This document shows positions 8,536 to 17,222 of a stretch of 64,000 nt of DNA, piece by piece. The first letter of the stretch is position 1. Every line of letters begins with the position of its first letter. Location of the stretch: the NCBI GenBank assembly GCA_963578825.1, contig CAUZDW010000005.1, forward strand, positions 67,608 through 131,607, written 5' to 3'. Source of the stretch: Vicinamibacteria bacterium. GTDB lineage: Bacteria; Acidobacteriota; Vicinamibacteria; Fen-336. The notes beneath the pieces are model-generated. The model did no database searches. It was not told the DNA's origin and saw only the letters and a list, made by a program, of their open reading frames with translations. The position numbers and the translations under genes are program-made.

Positions 8536-9768
8536 TCAAGAGGCGGGCGCCGTGGAAGGAGGTTTCTCCGAAGCGCGTCGACGTGCGTTCAGGAGGATCG
8601 CGGCGAGGGCAAGGTAGAGCGCCGCGTCCACCCAGTAGATCCCCCGGAGGGACACGTGGGCGATCAGCCCGGCAAACGTCGGGGACAGCGCCCCCCCGAG
8701 CAGGGCGGCCCCCGAGAAGAAACCGAAGGCGGTTGTGCGGATGCCATCCGGCACCATGAGCCCGCCGATGGTGTAGCACAGGGTGAGAGTGCCTCCGGAG
8801 ACGAGGCCACCGAGGACCGCCAGGGCGAGGAAGCCCTGGTAGGACGGCACCAGCGCCATTGCCGCCATGATCGGAGCCCCTCCGCCCAGCGTGAGGAGCA
8901 GCAGGCGACGAGGCGAGCGCGAGCGGCTGGCTCGCCCGAGGAGGTACGCGGAGACAGCCGCGGCGATCGAGTAGGCCGAGATCAACCCGCCGGTGGCGGA
9001 GGCCAGACGAGGGACGGGGACACCGAGGTCCTGGAGGTGCAGGGGGAGGATCGGCGTGATGGAGCGCCCGATGAAGTTCACTCCGAAGAGAACCACGAGC
9101 AGCACCACGAGACCGGGCACCGCGATCACCGCCCGGAAGCCACCCGCGGAGGCGGCCTGGCGCTGCTCCGGCCGCTGGTCGGGCTCCTTGTAGAGCGCCA
9201 GGACCAGCAGGAGAGTGAACGCGCAGACCGCCGCGGCCACGAGGAAGGTGCGCCTCATGCCGATGGCGTCGGCCAGGAGGCCGCCCGCAAGCGGGCCGAT
9301 GGCCGCCGACAGGATCTGCGCCGCCTGGACGAGGCCGACCGCGCGCCCCGTGTCCTCTCGTGGAGCCTGTGCCGCCGCCATGGCCAGAGCCAGCGGACCG
9401 AGGCCTCCGAAGAACCCCAGGCCGATTCGCAGGGCCAGCAGCTGTTCGACACGGGTCACGGTCGCGCACAGGGCCAGGAGCCCCACGTAGGCGATGAGCG
9501 CCTTCACCGCGATACCCTTGTGGCCGTATCGGTCGGCGAGTCGGCCCCAAACCGGGGCCAGGAGGCCCGCCAGGAGCGGGGACACACCGATCAGAACCCC
9601 TGCCCAGAGCGCCGCCGCCTCCGGCTCGGCCACCCCGAGCTCGCGGACGTAGAGCGGAAGGAACGGGATGACGAAGGCGAAGCCCGTAAAAACCGAGAAG
9701 ACCATCAGCACGGTCACGAGCTGGTTGCGCCGCGCGCCGGCCGTTTGCTGCCTCAACTCAAAAGCCAA
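8536..9768 (-). CDS. MFS transporter (drug/metabolite efflux type)
   Basis: 410 aa, 12 TM. The GRLADRYGHK motif between TM2 and TM3 is typical of the MFS. The putative TTG start overlaps the acpS stop. Confidence 0.85.
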   Translation of the reverse strand: MAFELRQQTAGARRNQLVTVLMVFSVFTGFAFVIPFLPLYVRELGVAEPEAAALWAGVLIGVSPLLAGLLAPVWGRLADRYGHKGIAVKALIAYVGLLALCATVTRVEQLLALRIGLGFFGGLGPLALAMAAAQAPREDTGRAVGLVQAAQILSAAIGPLAGGLLADAIGMRRTFLVAAAVCAFTLLLVLALYKEPDQRPEQRQAASAGGFRAVIAVPGLVVLLVVLFGVNFIGRSITPILPLHLQDLGVPVPRLASATGGLISAYSIAAAVSAYLLGRASRSRSPRRLLLLTLGGGAPIMAAMALVPSYQGFLALAVLGGLVSGGTLTLCYTIGGLMVPDGIRTTAFGFFSGAALLGGALSPTFAGLIAHVSLRGIYWVDAALYLALAAILLNARRRASEKPPSTAPAS

Positions 9769-10130
9769 ACCTCACCGATGGCCAGCGAGCCGGAGGTCGA
9801 GAGGCGGGTGCGGCTCTGCCCTTCCGAGCCCCGCTCGCGGGCCACTTCGGCGGCACGCCCCCGCAAGTCGACGGCCGGCTCCGGGACTCGAGTCACCACC
9901 ACGTCTCTCCAGAAGACCCCCCGGCTCCACCCCGTACCGAGGGCCTTGCTCGCCGCTTCCTTTCCGGCGATGGCAAGGGCGAGGGCGAGGGTCCGCTCGG
10001 GCTCGTCAGCAGGGAGGTTGCGGGCCTCCTCAGGGTCCATCAGCTTCCGTATGAACCGCTCACGGTAGCGCTCGAGCAGGCGTTTCACCCGTACGGTCTC
10101 CACCAGGTCCACGCCGACGCCCACCACCAT
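9753..10130 (-). CDS. acpS: Holo-[acyl-carrier-protein] synthase (4'-phosphopantetheinyl transferase)
   Basis: MVVGVGVDLVETVRVKRLLERYRERFIRKLMDPEE...AGKEAASKALGTG is the classic AcpS N-terminus, 125 aa. The 246-aa ORF in the track is an upstream over-extension. Confidence 0.85.
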   Translation of the reverse strand: MVVGVGVDLVETVRVKRLLERYRERFIRKLMDPEEARNLPADEPERTLALALAIAGKEAASKALGTGWSRGVFWRDVVVTRVPEPAVDLRGRAAEVARERGSEGQSRTRLSTSGSLAIGEVWLLS

Positions 10131-10194
10131 TGTCACGAGGGATCGACGATAGCACGGGGCAGTTTGTAAACCGGCTGGAACGCGACGGCTAGAA

Positions 10195-11682
10195 TTGCCT
10201 GCCCGGGGAGGCGATGTGGAGATCCCGAAAGAGGTCGGTCCTTTCGAGCTGCGGCGAACCATCGGCCACGGTACGTACGGTGACGTGTTCGAGGCGTTCG
10301 ACGCTGAGCGAGAGATCCACGCCGCCGTCAAGGTCTTCGGGCGGGCACCGAAGGGCAAGGCTGCCTTTGCGCGACTGCGCCGCGATGCGCTGGCCGCAGG
10401 GGCGCTGGGCCACCCGAACATCGCCATGGTCATTGCAGCGGGGCAGCACGAGGATCTGCCGTGGGTGGCGACGGAGCTGGTCGCGGGAGTCAACCTGGCC
10501 CAGGTCGTTCGGTCTCATGCCTTTTGGCCCATCGAGAAGGTCCTCGACGTCTGGCGTCAGCTGTGCGAAGGGCTCGCTCATGCCCACCGCGAGGGCCTGC
10601 TGCACCTCGATCTCAAGCCCAGCGACATTCGGGTCAACGCCGACGGTGACATCAAGGTCGTCGACTTCGGTGCGTGGCACCTCAAGACCATCGAGCGGCG
10701 CAAGCCCCGGAGCTCGGACGAGGGTCTCCACTACCGGCCGGCGGAGGTGATTGCGGGTCGGCGTCCCGACCGGCGTGCCGACATCTTCGCCGTCGGCGCC
10801 ATCGTGTACGAGCTCATGACGCGCCGAAAGGCGTTCCCGGGGGAGAGCCCCACGGAGGTGATGAGGAGCCTGTCCCGTGGGGAGCCCGATCTGACCTCGG
10901 TGACGTCTTCGGCCTTCTCTCCGGGCTTCGAAAAGATCCTCGGTGCGTGTCTCGAACGCGAGGTGAGCGCCCGCCCCGCGTCGTTCGAAGACGTTCATGC
11001 CGACCTCGTTCAGCTCGTTCGAGACACTGCTCCTCGGCTCCGCGAGCCGGAGCCGAGTCCCGAACCTCTGCCCGAGCCCGTTCCCGAGCGCGAGGAGTAC
11101 CTCGAAGAGCTGACCCGTGCCCGGGCGGAGGATCGGCTCGAGGACGCGCTCGATGTCTGCCGCAAGCTGCGCGCCCTCGATCCCGAGGACGAGCGAGCCC
11201 GCCGAGCCTTCTCGGAGATCGAGTTCGTGATGCTCGGCCGGGAAGCCGACGAGCTGGTGGGCGAGGCGCTGGCTCACGCTGCAGACGGCGACTTCGATCG
11301 GGCCACGCGTCTTGCGGAGAAGGTCGAGCGCCTGGCCCCCTGGAGCCCAGGTATCTCGAGCTGCAGGTCTACCTGGACGAGGAAGGAGCCCGTCGTGCAG
11401 CGGATCGCCTGGTCACGACCGCCAGGGAGTGCAAGGAAGAGGGGCGGGAGGAGGAGGCCCGAGCGGCGCTTCAAGGGGCGCTCGCGGCGATGCCAGGACA
11501 CGCCATCGCCATCCGGCTGCTGCAGGAGCTCCGCCTCTCCTCCGGAGGTCGCGGCCTCGCCGGAAGAGGGCTCTGACGACCCGGACCGACCCGGGGGGGA
11601 CGAGTCCAGGCAGCCCAGAACGGAAGCGGAGGCCCTCACCGCGGACGCTTCGCGCCACTTCACCGCAAGCGAGCACGACTAG
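10195..11682 (+). CDS. Hanks-type Ser/Thr protein kinase with C-terminal TPR-like region. Frameshift at the CCCCC run 11336-11340; the true C-terminus probably continues in the adjacent frame to ~11576.
   Basis: GxGxxG (IGHGTYGDV), VAVK, HLDLKPSDI and DFG motifs. After ...KVERLAP the ORF frame turns Arg/Ser-rich junk, while the adjacent frame reads LEPRYLELQVYLDEEGARRAADRLVTTARECKEEG... (TPR-like). A probable GTG start at 10216 lies 4-5 nt after a GGGGAGG SD. Confidence 0.8.
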   Translation: MPARGGDVEIPKEVGPFELRRTIGHGTYGDVFEAFDAEREIHAAVKVFGRAPKGKAAFARLRRDALAAGALGHPNIAMVIAAGQHEDLPWVATELVAGVNLAQVVRSHAFWPIEKVLDVWRQLCEGLAHAHREGLLHLDLKPSDIRVNADGDIKVVDFGAWHLKTIERRKPRSSDEGLHYRPAEVIAGRRPDRRADIFAVGAIVYELMTRRKAFPGESPTEVMRSLSRGEPDLTSVTSSAFSPGFEKILGACLEREVSARPASFEDVHADLVQLVRDTAPRLREPEPSPEPLPEPVPEREEYLEELTRARAEDRLEDALDVCRKLRALDPEDERARRAFSEIEFVMLGREADELVGEALAHAADGDFDRATRLAEKVERLAPWSPGISSCRSTWTRKEPVVQRIAWSRPPGSARKRGGRRRPERRFKGRSRRCQDTPSPSGCCRSSASPPEVAASPEEGSDDPDRPGGDESRQPRTEAEALTADASRHFTASEHD

Positions 11683-11786
11683 GCTCGGAAGGCCATAAAG
11701 AGGGCCCTGGACCCGGAGAACCGGCGGGCCAGGGACCTCCAGAGGATCCTTCGGGTCCTTGGCTAGCCCGGAGAATTCTGTGGGCC

Positions 11787-11800
11787 AGTCGCCCTATAAT
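11787..11800 (+). promoter_or_regulatory. TCGCCCTATAATCA promoter-like element (-10 box) upstream of secreted protein gene
   Basis: The identical 14-mer recurs at 23357-23370. An AT-rich hexamer is rare in this GC-rich context. Confidence 0.4.
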
Positions 11801-11827
11801 CAGGGTAGGGAGTCCAAGGAGGTCACG

Positions 11828-12340
11828 ATGCGGGGTGTGCTTGTCGCGGCTGTGGCTGCAGCTGGTTTGCTTCTGGCTTCGTTTGCCTCGGCACAGGGGT
11901 TGGGCGACGTCGCGAACCAGGAGAAGAAGAAGAGGAAGGCCGCGCCTCCATCCGAGGCCAAGTCGTACGACGAGAACGATCTGGGCCCGTCCGTAGCCGT
12001 CGTCGGCGTGCCGACGTCGCTTCCCGAGACTGCCGACGAGGCGTCCGGGGAGGAGGGCGAGGCCGGGGGCGACGAGGCCGCCGAGTCCGAAGCGGATGCG
12101 AAGGAGCAGGCGGAGGCCGCCTGGCGCACTCAGCTCGAGCGGGCTCGCAAGGAGGAGGATGTCTACCGCGAGGTCTCCGAGCGGCTCCAGCTCGAGTTGA
12201 ACGACACGAGCGGTGGAATCTACAACCCCGGCAGGGCCGCCAGACTGCAGTTCCTCGAAGAGAACAAGCAGCTTCTGGCCGAGACCCAGCAGCGCGTCGC
12301 CACGCTCGAAGCCGAGGGTCGGGCCAACGGCTATCGCTGA
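11828..12340 (+). CDS. Secreted acidic coiled-coil hypothetical protein
   Basis: MRGVLVAAVAAAGLLLASFASAQG signal peptide; SD AAGGAGG; preceded by a TATAAT box at 11795-11800. Confidence 0.5.
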   Translation: MRGVLVAAVAAAGLLLASFASAQGLGDVANQEKKKRKAAPPSEAKSYDENDLGPSVAVVGVPTSLPETADEASGEEGEAGGDEAAESEADAKEQAEAAWRTQLERARKEEDVYREVSERLQLELNDTSGGIYNPGRAARLQFLEENKQLLAETQQRVATLEAEGRANGYR

Positions 12341-13398
12341 GGCGGCCGCTTCAGCCGTCGCACCTTCTTCTCTTCGGCGAGGATCCCGAGGTTCTCGTTG
12401 ATCTCGACCCCTCGAACCCGATTGCGGGACAGGATCGTCCAGGATCCCCCATCCGGATCGAGCATCGCCCTGTGTATCTCACGGTCTCGGCTCGTCCTCA
12501 CGGCGATCTCCAGCGGGAGAGGCGCCGGAAGCCCCACGGGCTGCACCTGGACCGTCGTCTCGAATCCCTCTTGCGTCTGTTCGGTGCGTGAGGCCCATTC
12601 GAGCGTGGGGATGCCGGTGTCGTAGATCCAGTGTTCGAAGTGGGCCTCGAGGTCGCTCCCACCGGCCTCCTCGAGCGCCGCTCGCAGGTCCTCCGTCGTC
12701 GCCGTTGCGTACCGATGCTGCTCGAGGAAAGAGCGAGCCCCTTCGAAAAAGGCCTCGTCGCCCAGCATCTGGCGAAGCATGTGCAGGACGAGGCCTCCCT
12801 TGTCGTAGACGAGGGCTCGTCGGACGTGGCTATCGAGCTTGAGGTGGCCCAGCCGCGGCCCGAGGTCGACGGGCCCGCTCTTGTCGAACCTGACTGCCCA
12901 CGACATCATCCGCTCCAGCATCTCGAGGAACGCGCCTTCGCCCTTCTTGTGTCGAACCCAGAGCGCCGAAGAGTACTGGGCCCAGGCCTCGGACAGCCAG
13001 TGGTCCCGGTAGCTGGCAGGGGCGACACCTTGTCCCCACCACTGGTGGGCCAGCTCGTGGGCCAGGAAGAAATTGGGCATGTCGGAGAAGCCGGCCGGAT
13101 CTTCGGGAAGTCCCCCCCCCCCCCCCGGTTCGAGTGACTCGGCAACCGCCAGGCTGATGACGGGGTACGGGCAGGGGCCGAAGAGCTCGGCGTAGAAGGC
13201 CAGCAGCTCCTCGGCGATCACCAGGTTCCGCCGCGTCACCTCCGCGGCTCTCGGTGCGGCGAAGCCTCGGACCGACCGCTTGCCCAGCTGTCGTGTGCCC
13301 ACATCCTCGAGGCGGCCCACGATCGCCGTGAAGTACTTGCCAGGCTCCTTCAGGCGGTATTCCGAGCGGACGCGTCCTTCGCTGGTGCGGGTCGACAC
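12331..13398 (-). CDS. M1-family (gluzincin) metallopeptidase, C-terminal part (HEXXH...E)
   Basis: HELAHQWWG...WLSEAWAQY zinc-binding signature; contains a GGGGG run encoded by the 15-nt homopolymer. No canonical GAMEN motif was found. Confidence 0.7.
   Translation of the reverse strand: MSTRTSEGRVRSEYRLKEPGKYFTAIVGRLEDVGTRQLGKRSVRGFAAPRAAEVTRRNLVIAEELLAFYAELFGPCPYPVISLAVAESLEPGGGGGLPEDPAGFSDMPNFFLAHELAHQWWGQGVAPASYRDHWLSEAWAQYSSALWVRHKKGEGAFLEMLERMMSWAVRFDKSGPVDLGPRLGHLKLDSHVRRALVYDKGGLVLHMLRQMLGDEAFFEGARSFLEQHRYATATTEDLRAALEEAGGSDLEAHFEHWIYDTGIPTLEWASRTEQTQEGFETTVQVQPVGLPAPLPLEIAVRTSRDREIHRAMLDPDGGSWTILSRNRVRGVEINENLGILAEEKKVRRLKRPPQR
13112..13126. repeat. 15-nt C homopolymer (poly-G on coding strand) inside the M1 peptidase gene, encoding GGGGG
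   Basis: Read directly from the sequence. Confidence 0.9.
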
Positions 13399-14642
13399 CA
13401 GCTCCCCCCCGGTGACCGCCAGGACTCCCTCGGGGGTGTCGAGGCGGGCCCGCAGCGTCGCGAAGTCCTCCCCGGCCGGAGGGGGTACCAGGCGGTCCGA
13501 TTGGAGTAGACCAGGGGCGGTCGGGTCAGAAGCAGCTGCTCGGCCAATCGGGACCGCGGTTCAGGGAAGAGCTGGAGCAGTTCTCCCTCGACCGGGTCGG
13601 GATCGTGCCGGCCGGCGTAGCGCACGGTGAGCGAGAACTCTCCGGAGCGCCAGGAGCGGTGGCCCAGCGAGACCACTAGACTGCCCCGTTCGCGGACACG
13701 GAGAAACAAGAGTCCCCGCCCCTCCTCGGTGGTCACCGAGCTCACCCGGAAATCGTCGTGCAGCTTGAGCCTCAGGGTGGACACGGGGGAGAGGAGACGC
13801 AGGCGAATGGTGTCCACGGCGCTCACCAGGAACCGGGACGGGTCGAACCGCGCGGTGATGTCGTGGTGGAGCACGTCGATCGCCCGCCGCTCGCTGTCCA
13901 GGCGGCTCGTGTCGATCAGCTCCTCGAACTCGTCGGGGTGAAGGCGCACGAAGGCCCACTTCACCGCCCTGTCGAGCTCCGGCTTGCCTGCGAACTGTCT
14001 GAGCTGCTCGCGCTCGGCGGCGGGCCCGGGCGCGAAACGCACGCGCCCGCGACCCACGAAGACGAGCGCCGTGCGGCCGACCGACTCGGGCGTGGCGAAG
14101 AGGGTGCCGTCTTCCATGCGCAGCTCGAAGTCCTCCAGCCGCAGCAGCACTCCCCGTGCCCGCCAGGCCTCCTGGCCCAGGGGCAGGTGAACGAGGTCGT
14201 GCAGGTCCGAGCGGGATTCCTTCTCGACGAAGAACCAGCGCTCGTTCCGGCGCTCGATCAAGAGGCGCCAGGAGTCCACCCTCGCCGTGGGCTCGGTGGC
14301 GACGAAGATCCGCACTTCCGCGGCCATGCGGACCGTGCCGACCACGTTGCGTGGTTGGCTCACCACGGTCATCACCGTCTCGTCGGAGGCGAAGGCCTCC
14401 CGGACGACGGCGAGCTCGGCCCCTCGTTCCCTCTCGGAATCGAAGTCCCACAGGGCCATGTAGCCGTCGAGATCCCGTGAGAACCACGCGTTGCCGAGCC
14501 GCTCCAGAAGCTCGTCGGCACCGGCCGTGGTGGGCTGGGCCGCGTCCGGGTCCGGGGCTCGCCCACCGGCCCCCGGGCGGACGATCAAGCACACCACCGC
14601 CAGGCAAAGCAGCGAGACCGGCGCGGCACGGAGATCGAGCAT
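13350..14642 (-). CDS. N-terminal part of the same M1-family peptidase (signal peptide plus N-terminal domains). It is separated from 12331..13398 by a frameshift at the GGGGG run 13481-13485.
   Basis: The ORF frame ends in junk after ...NRTAWYP. The other frame continues PPAGEDFATLRARLDTPEGVLAVTGGELV... into the downstream ORF without a stop. Confidence 0.6.
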   Translation of the reverse strand: MLDLRAAPVSLLCLAVVCLIVRPGAGGRAPDPDAAQPTTAGADELLERLGNAWFSRDLDGYMALWDFDSERERGAELAVVREAFASDETVMTVVSQPRNVVGTVRMAAEVRIFVATEPTARVDSWRLLIERRNERWFFVEKESRSDLHDLVHLPLGQEAWRARGVLLRLEDFELRMEDGTLFATPESVGRTALVFVGRGRVRFAPGPAAEREQLRQFAGKPELDRAVKWAFVRLHPDEFEELIDTSRLDSERRAIDVLHHDITARFDPSRFLVSAVDTIRLRLLSPVSTLRLKLHDDFRVSSVTTEEGRGLLFLRVRERGSLVVSLGHRSWRSGEFSLTVRYAGRHDPDPVEGELLQLFPEPRSRLAEQLLLTRPPLVYSNRTAWYPLRPGRTSRRCGPASTPPRESWRSPGGSWCRPAPAKDASARNTA

Positions 14643-14714
14643 GGTGCCTGGTCCGATGAGCTTCTTTCACAATAGTGCACACGCGCCCCGGAGGGCGAGC
14701 CCCACGAGGCGTTC

Positions 14715-14754
14715 TATAATCATTGCTGACGTCTTCTCGGCTGACGTCTTCTCG
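14715..14754 (+). promoter_or_regulatory. TATAAT -10 box (14715-14720) followed by a perfect tandem 15-bp direct repeat GCTGACGTCTTCTCG x2 (14725-14754) in the leader of ccdA-tlpA-apbC
   Basis: Read directly from the sequence; each repeat unit contains TGACGTC. Confidence 0.5.
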
Positions 14755-14771
14755 TTCGAAAGGTTCCCCTG

Positions 14772-15509
14772 ATGGCATCCTCCGTTTCGCTCGCGGCCGC
14801 CTTCGTGGCCGGTCTCGTTTCCTTCATCTCACCCTGCGTCCTGCCCATCGTCCCGGGCTATCTCTCCTTCATCAGCGGCGTCAACGTCGCGCAGTTCAAA
14901 GAAGGTGGGGCCCCGAAGGACCTGGTCCGTCGCGTGGCCCTCACGAGCCTGGTCTTCGTCCTGGGCTTCTCCACCGTGTTCGTGGCCCTGGGTGCCGCCG
15001 CCACATACGTTGGCTCGTTGCTCTTGGAGCACAAGCGGACCCTCGGCGTCGTGGGTGGGGTCATCATCATCATCCTCGGGCTGCACACCGCCGGCGTCTT
15101 CAAGATCAACTGGCTCCTGTCCGAGAAGAGAGCCAACGTCCAGTCCAAGCCCCTCGGACTCGCCGGGGCCTACGTGGTCGGCCTCGCATTCGCCTTTGGC
15201 TGGACCCCGTGCATCGGCCCCATCCTGGGCGCCATCCTGCTCTTCGCCTCGCAGCAGGAGACGGTGACCCAGGGCGTCGTGCTCTTGGCCGCCTACTCCG
15301 CCGGCCTCGGCATCCCGTTCATCCTCTCCGCTCTGGCGGTCAACTGGTTCTTCAAGGTGTTCGGGCGACTGCGGAACTCGATGCGGGCCATCGAGATCGT
15401 CTCGGGCGCAATGCTCGTGGGCGTGGGCCTGCTCCTCGTGACGAACCGCCTGACCCTGATCGCCCAGTGGTTCACCAGGGCCTTCCCCTCCCTCGCCAAC
15501 ATCGGCTGA
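14772..15509 (+). CDS. ccdA: Cytochrome c-type biogenesis protein CcdA (DsbD-family thiol-disulfide transporter)
   Basis: FISPCVLPIVPGYLSF and GWTPCIGPILGAIL motifs. Confidence 0.9.
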   Translation: MASSVSLAAAFVAGLVSFISPCVLPIVPGYLSFISGVNVAQFKEGGAPKDLVRRVALTSLVFVLGFSTVFVALGAAATYVGSLLLEHKRTLGVVGGVIIIILGLHTAGVFKINWLLSEKRANVQSKPLGLAGAYVVGLAFAFGWTPCIGPILGAILLFASQQETVTQGVVLLAAYSAGLGIPFILSALAVNWFFKVFGRLRNSMRAIEIVSGAMLVGVGLLLVTNRLTLIAQWFTRAFPSLANIG

Positions 15510-15519
15510 GCGGGCGGCC

Positions 15520-16062
15520 GTGCCGCTTGCCGCCACCCTCCACTGGGGATATGGTCAGAGGGTGCGTTGTCGATTGCTTTCCGCCATGGTGGTGGTGCTT
15601 CTCCTGGCCGCCTGCGGCCCCGCCCCGAACACGTCCCAGGTGAAGGCGGCCCCTGCCTTCGACCTGCCCGACCTCAACGGGGGTCGGCTCAGCCTGGCGG
15701 GGCTGGAGGGCAAGGTGGTCGTGGTGGACTTCTGGGCCACGTGGTGCGGGCCCTGCATCAAGGAGATCCCGGAGTACGCTGAGTTCTGGCGGAAAAACCG
15801 ACCGCGGGGCATCGAGGTCGTGGGCATCGTGATGGACTCGGGCTCACCGGACGACGTCCTCGATTTCGTGAACGAGTACAAGATTCCCTACCGGCAGCTC
15901 CTGGGCGACCAGGAGATCGCCGCCGCCTTCGGGGTCAACCAGGGATACCCCACGACGTTCGTCATCGATGGCGAGGGCATGATCCGCACCAAGATGCTGG
16001 GGAGCCCGCCGACGAAGTTCGAGAAGCTGCAGGAGACCGTGGACGCCGCCCTCGAGGGCTGA
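15520..16062 (+). CDS. TlpA/ResA-like thioredoxin-fold thiol:disulfide oxidoreductase, probable lipoprotein
   Basis: WATWCGPC active site; lipobox LLAAC. The true start may be GTG at 15562 or ATG at 15586. Confidence 0.85.
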   Translation: MPLAATLHWGYGQRVRCRLLSAMVVVLLLAACGPAPNTSQVKAAPAFDLPDLNGGRLSLAGLEGKVVVVDFWATWCGPCIKEIPEYAEFWRKNRPRGIEVVGIVMDSGSPDDVLDFVNEYKIPYRQLLGDQEIAAAFGVNQGYPTTFVIDGEGMIRTKMLGSPPTKFEKLQETVDAALEG

Positions 16063-16093
16063 GGGCCCCCATTTCCCCGTTTGAGGTGATGCC

Positions 16094-17164
16094 GTGAGCG
16101 TGACTAAGGAGCAGGTGCTCTCGGCCCTGCGGGACGTGCAGGACCCGGATCTCCACAAGGACATCGTGACCCTCGGCTTCGTGAAGGACGTCCAGATCAA
16201 GGGCAGCGAGGTGGATTTCACGGTCGAGCTCACGACGCCGGCCTGCCCGGTGAAGGAGGAGCTGAAGGCCGAGGCTGAGGGCAAGGTCGCAGCACTGGAA
16301 GGCGTCACGGCCGCCCGGGCCAAGATGACCGCCAACGTGAGCACCCGCGGGGGCTTCGGGCGTCAATCGATTCCCGGCGTCCGGAACATCCTCGCGGTGG
16401 GCGCGGGCAAGGGGGGCGTCGGGAAGACCACGACCTCGGTCAACCTCGCAGTCGCCCTGGCGCAGAAGGGCGCCCGGGTGGGGCTCCTCGACGGCGACGT
16501 CTACGGCCCCAACATCCCCCAGATGCTCGGGTTGAGCGGCGCTCCCGAGGTGGTGGACGAGAACCGCATCCTGCCTCCCGAGGCTCTGGGCATCAAGGTC
16601 ATTTCCATGGGGATGCTCGTTCCTCCGGACCAGCCGATCATCTGGCGTGGGCCGATGCTCCACGGTGCGATTCAGCAGTTCATGCGCGAGGTCGAGTGGG
16701 GTGAGCTGGACTATCTGGTCGTGGACCTGCCCCCGGGCACGGGCGACGTGGCCCTGTCCATGGCCCAGAGTGTGCCCATGGCCGGCGCGGTCGTCGTGAC
16801 CACGCCACAGGGAGTCGCGGTGTCCGACGTGCGCAAGGCCGTCGGCATGTTCCGCCAGCTGAACATCTCCGTGCTCGGTGTGATCGAGAACATGAGCACG
16901 TTCGTCTGTCCCCACTGCAGCGAGGCGACCGAGATTTTCGGCTCGGGCGGGGGAGCGCAGATGTCCAGGGACCTGGACATCCCCTTCCTGGGGGACGTGC
17001 CGATCGACACTCGAGTGCGATCCGGCGGCGACGAGGGCCGTCCGATCGTGTCCGCCGCTCCGGACGCCCCGGCTGCGAAGGCCTTCATCAGCCTGTCGGG
17101 CAAGGTGGCGGCCAAAATCTCGATCCAGAACACCCGGGTGCTCAAGGTCGTCCAGGCGCCCTAG
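16094..17164 (+). CDS. apbC: Mrp/ApbC/NBP35 Fe-S cluster carrier ATPase with N-terminal MIP18/DUF59 domain
   Basis: GKGGVGKTT Walker A; CPHC motif; TAG stop. Confidence 0.9.
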   Translation: MSVTKEQVLSALRDVQDPDLHKDIVTLGFVKDVQIKGSEVDFTVELTTPACPVKEELKAEAEGKVAALEGVTAARAKMTANVSTRGGFGRQSIPGVRNILAVGAGKGGVGKTTTSVNLAVALAQKGARVGLLDGDVYGPNIPQMLGLSGAPEVVDENRILPPEALGIKVISMGMLVPPDQPIIWRGPMLHGAIQQFMREVEWGELDYLVVDLPPGTGDVALSMAQSVPMAGAVVVTTPQGVAVSDVRKAVGMFRQLNISVLGVIENMSTFVCPHCSEATEIFGSGGGAQMSRDLDIPFLGDVPIDTRVRSGGDEGRPIVSAAPDAPAAKAFISLSGKVAAKISIQNTRVLKVVQAP

Positions 17165-17222
17165 AGAGCCGGGCACTCGTCGGGCCCCGTGGAGACAGAA
17201 GCAGGGCTAGACTGCGGGTTCC

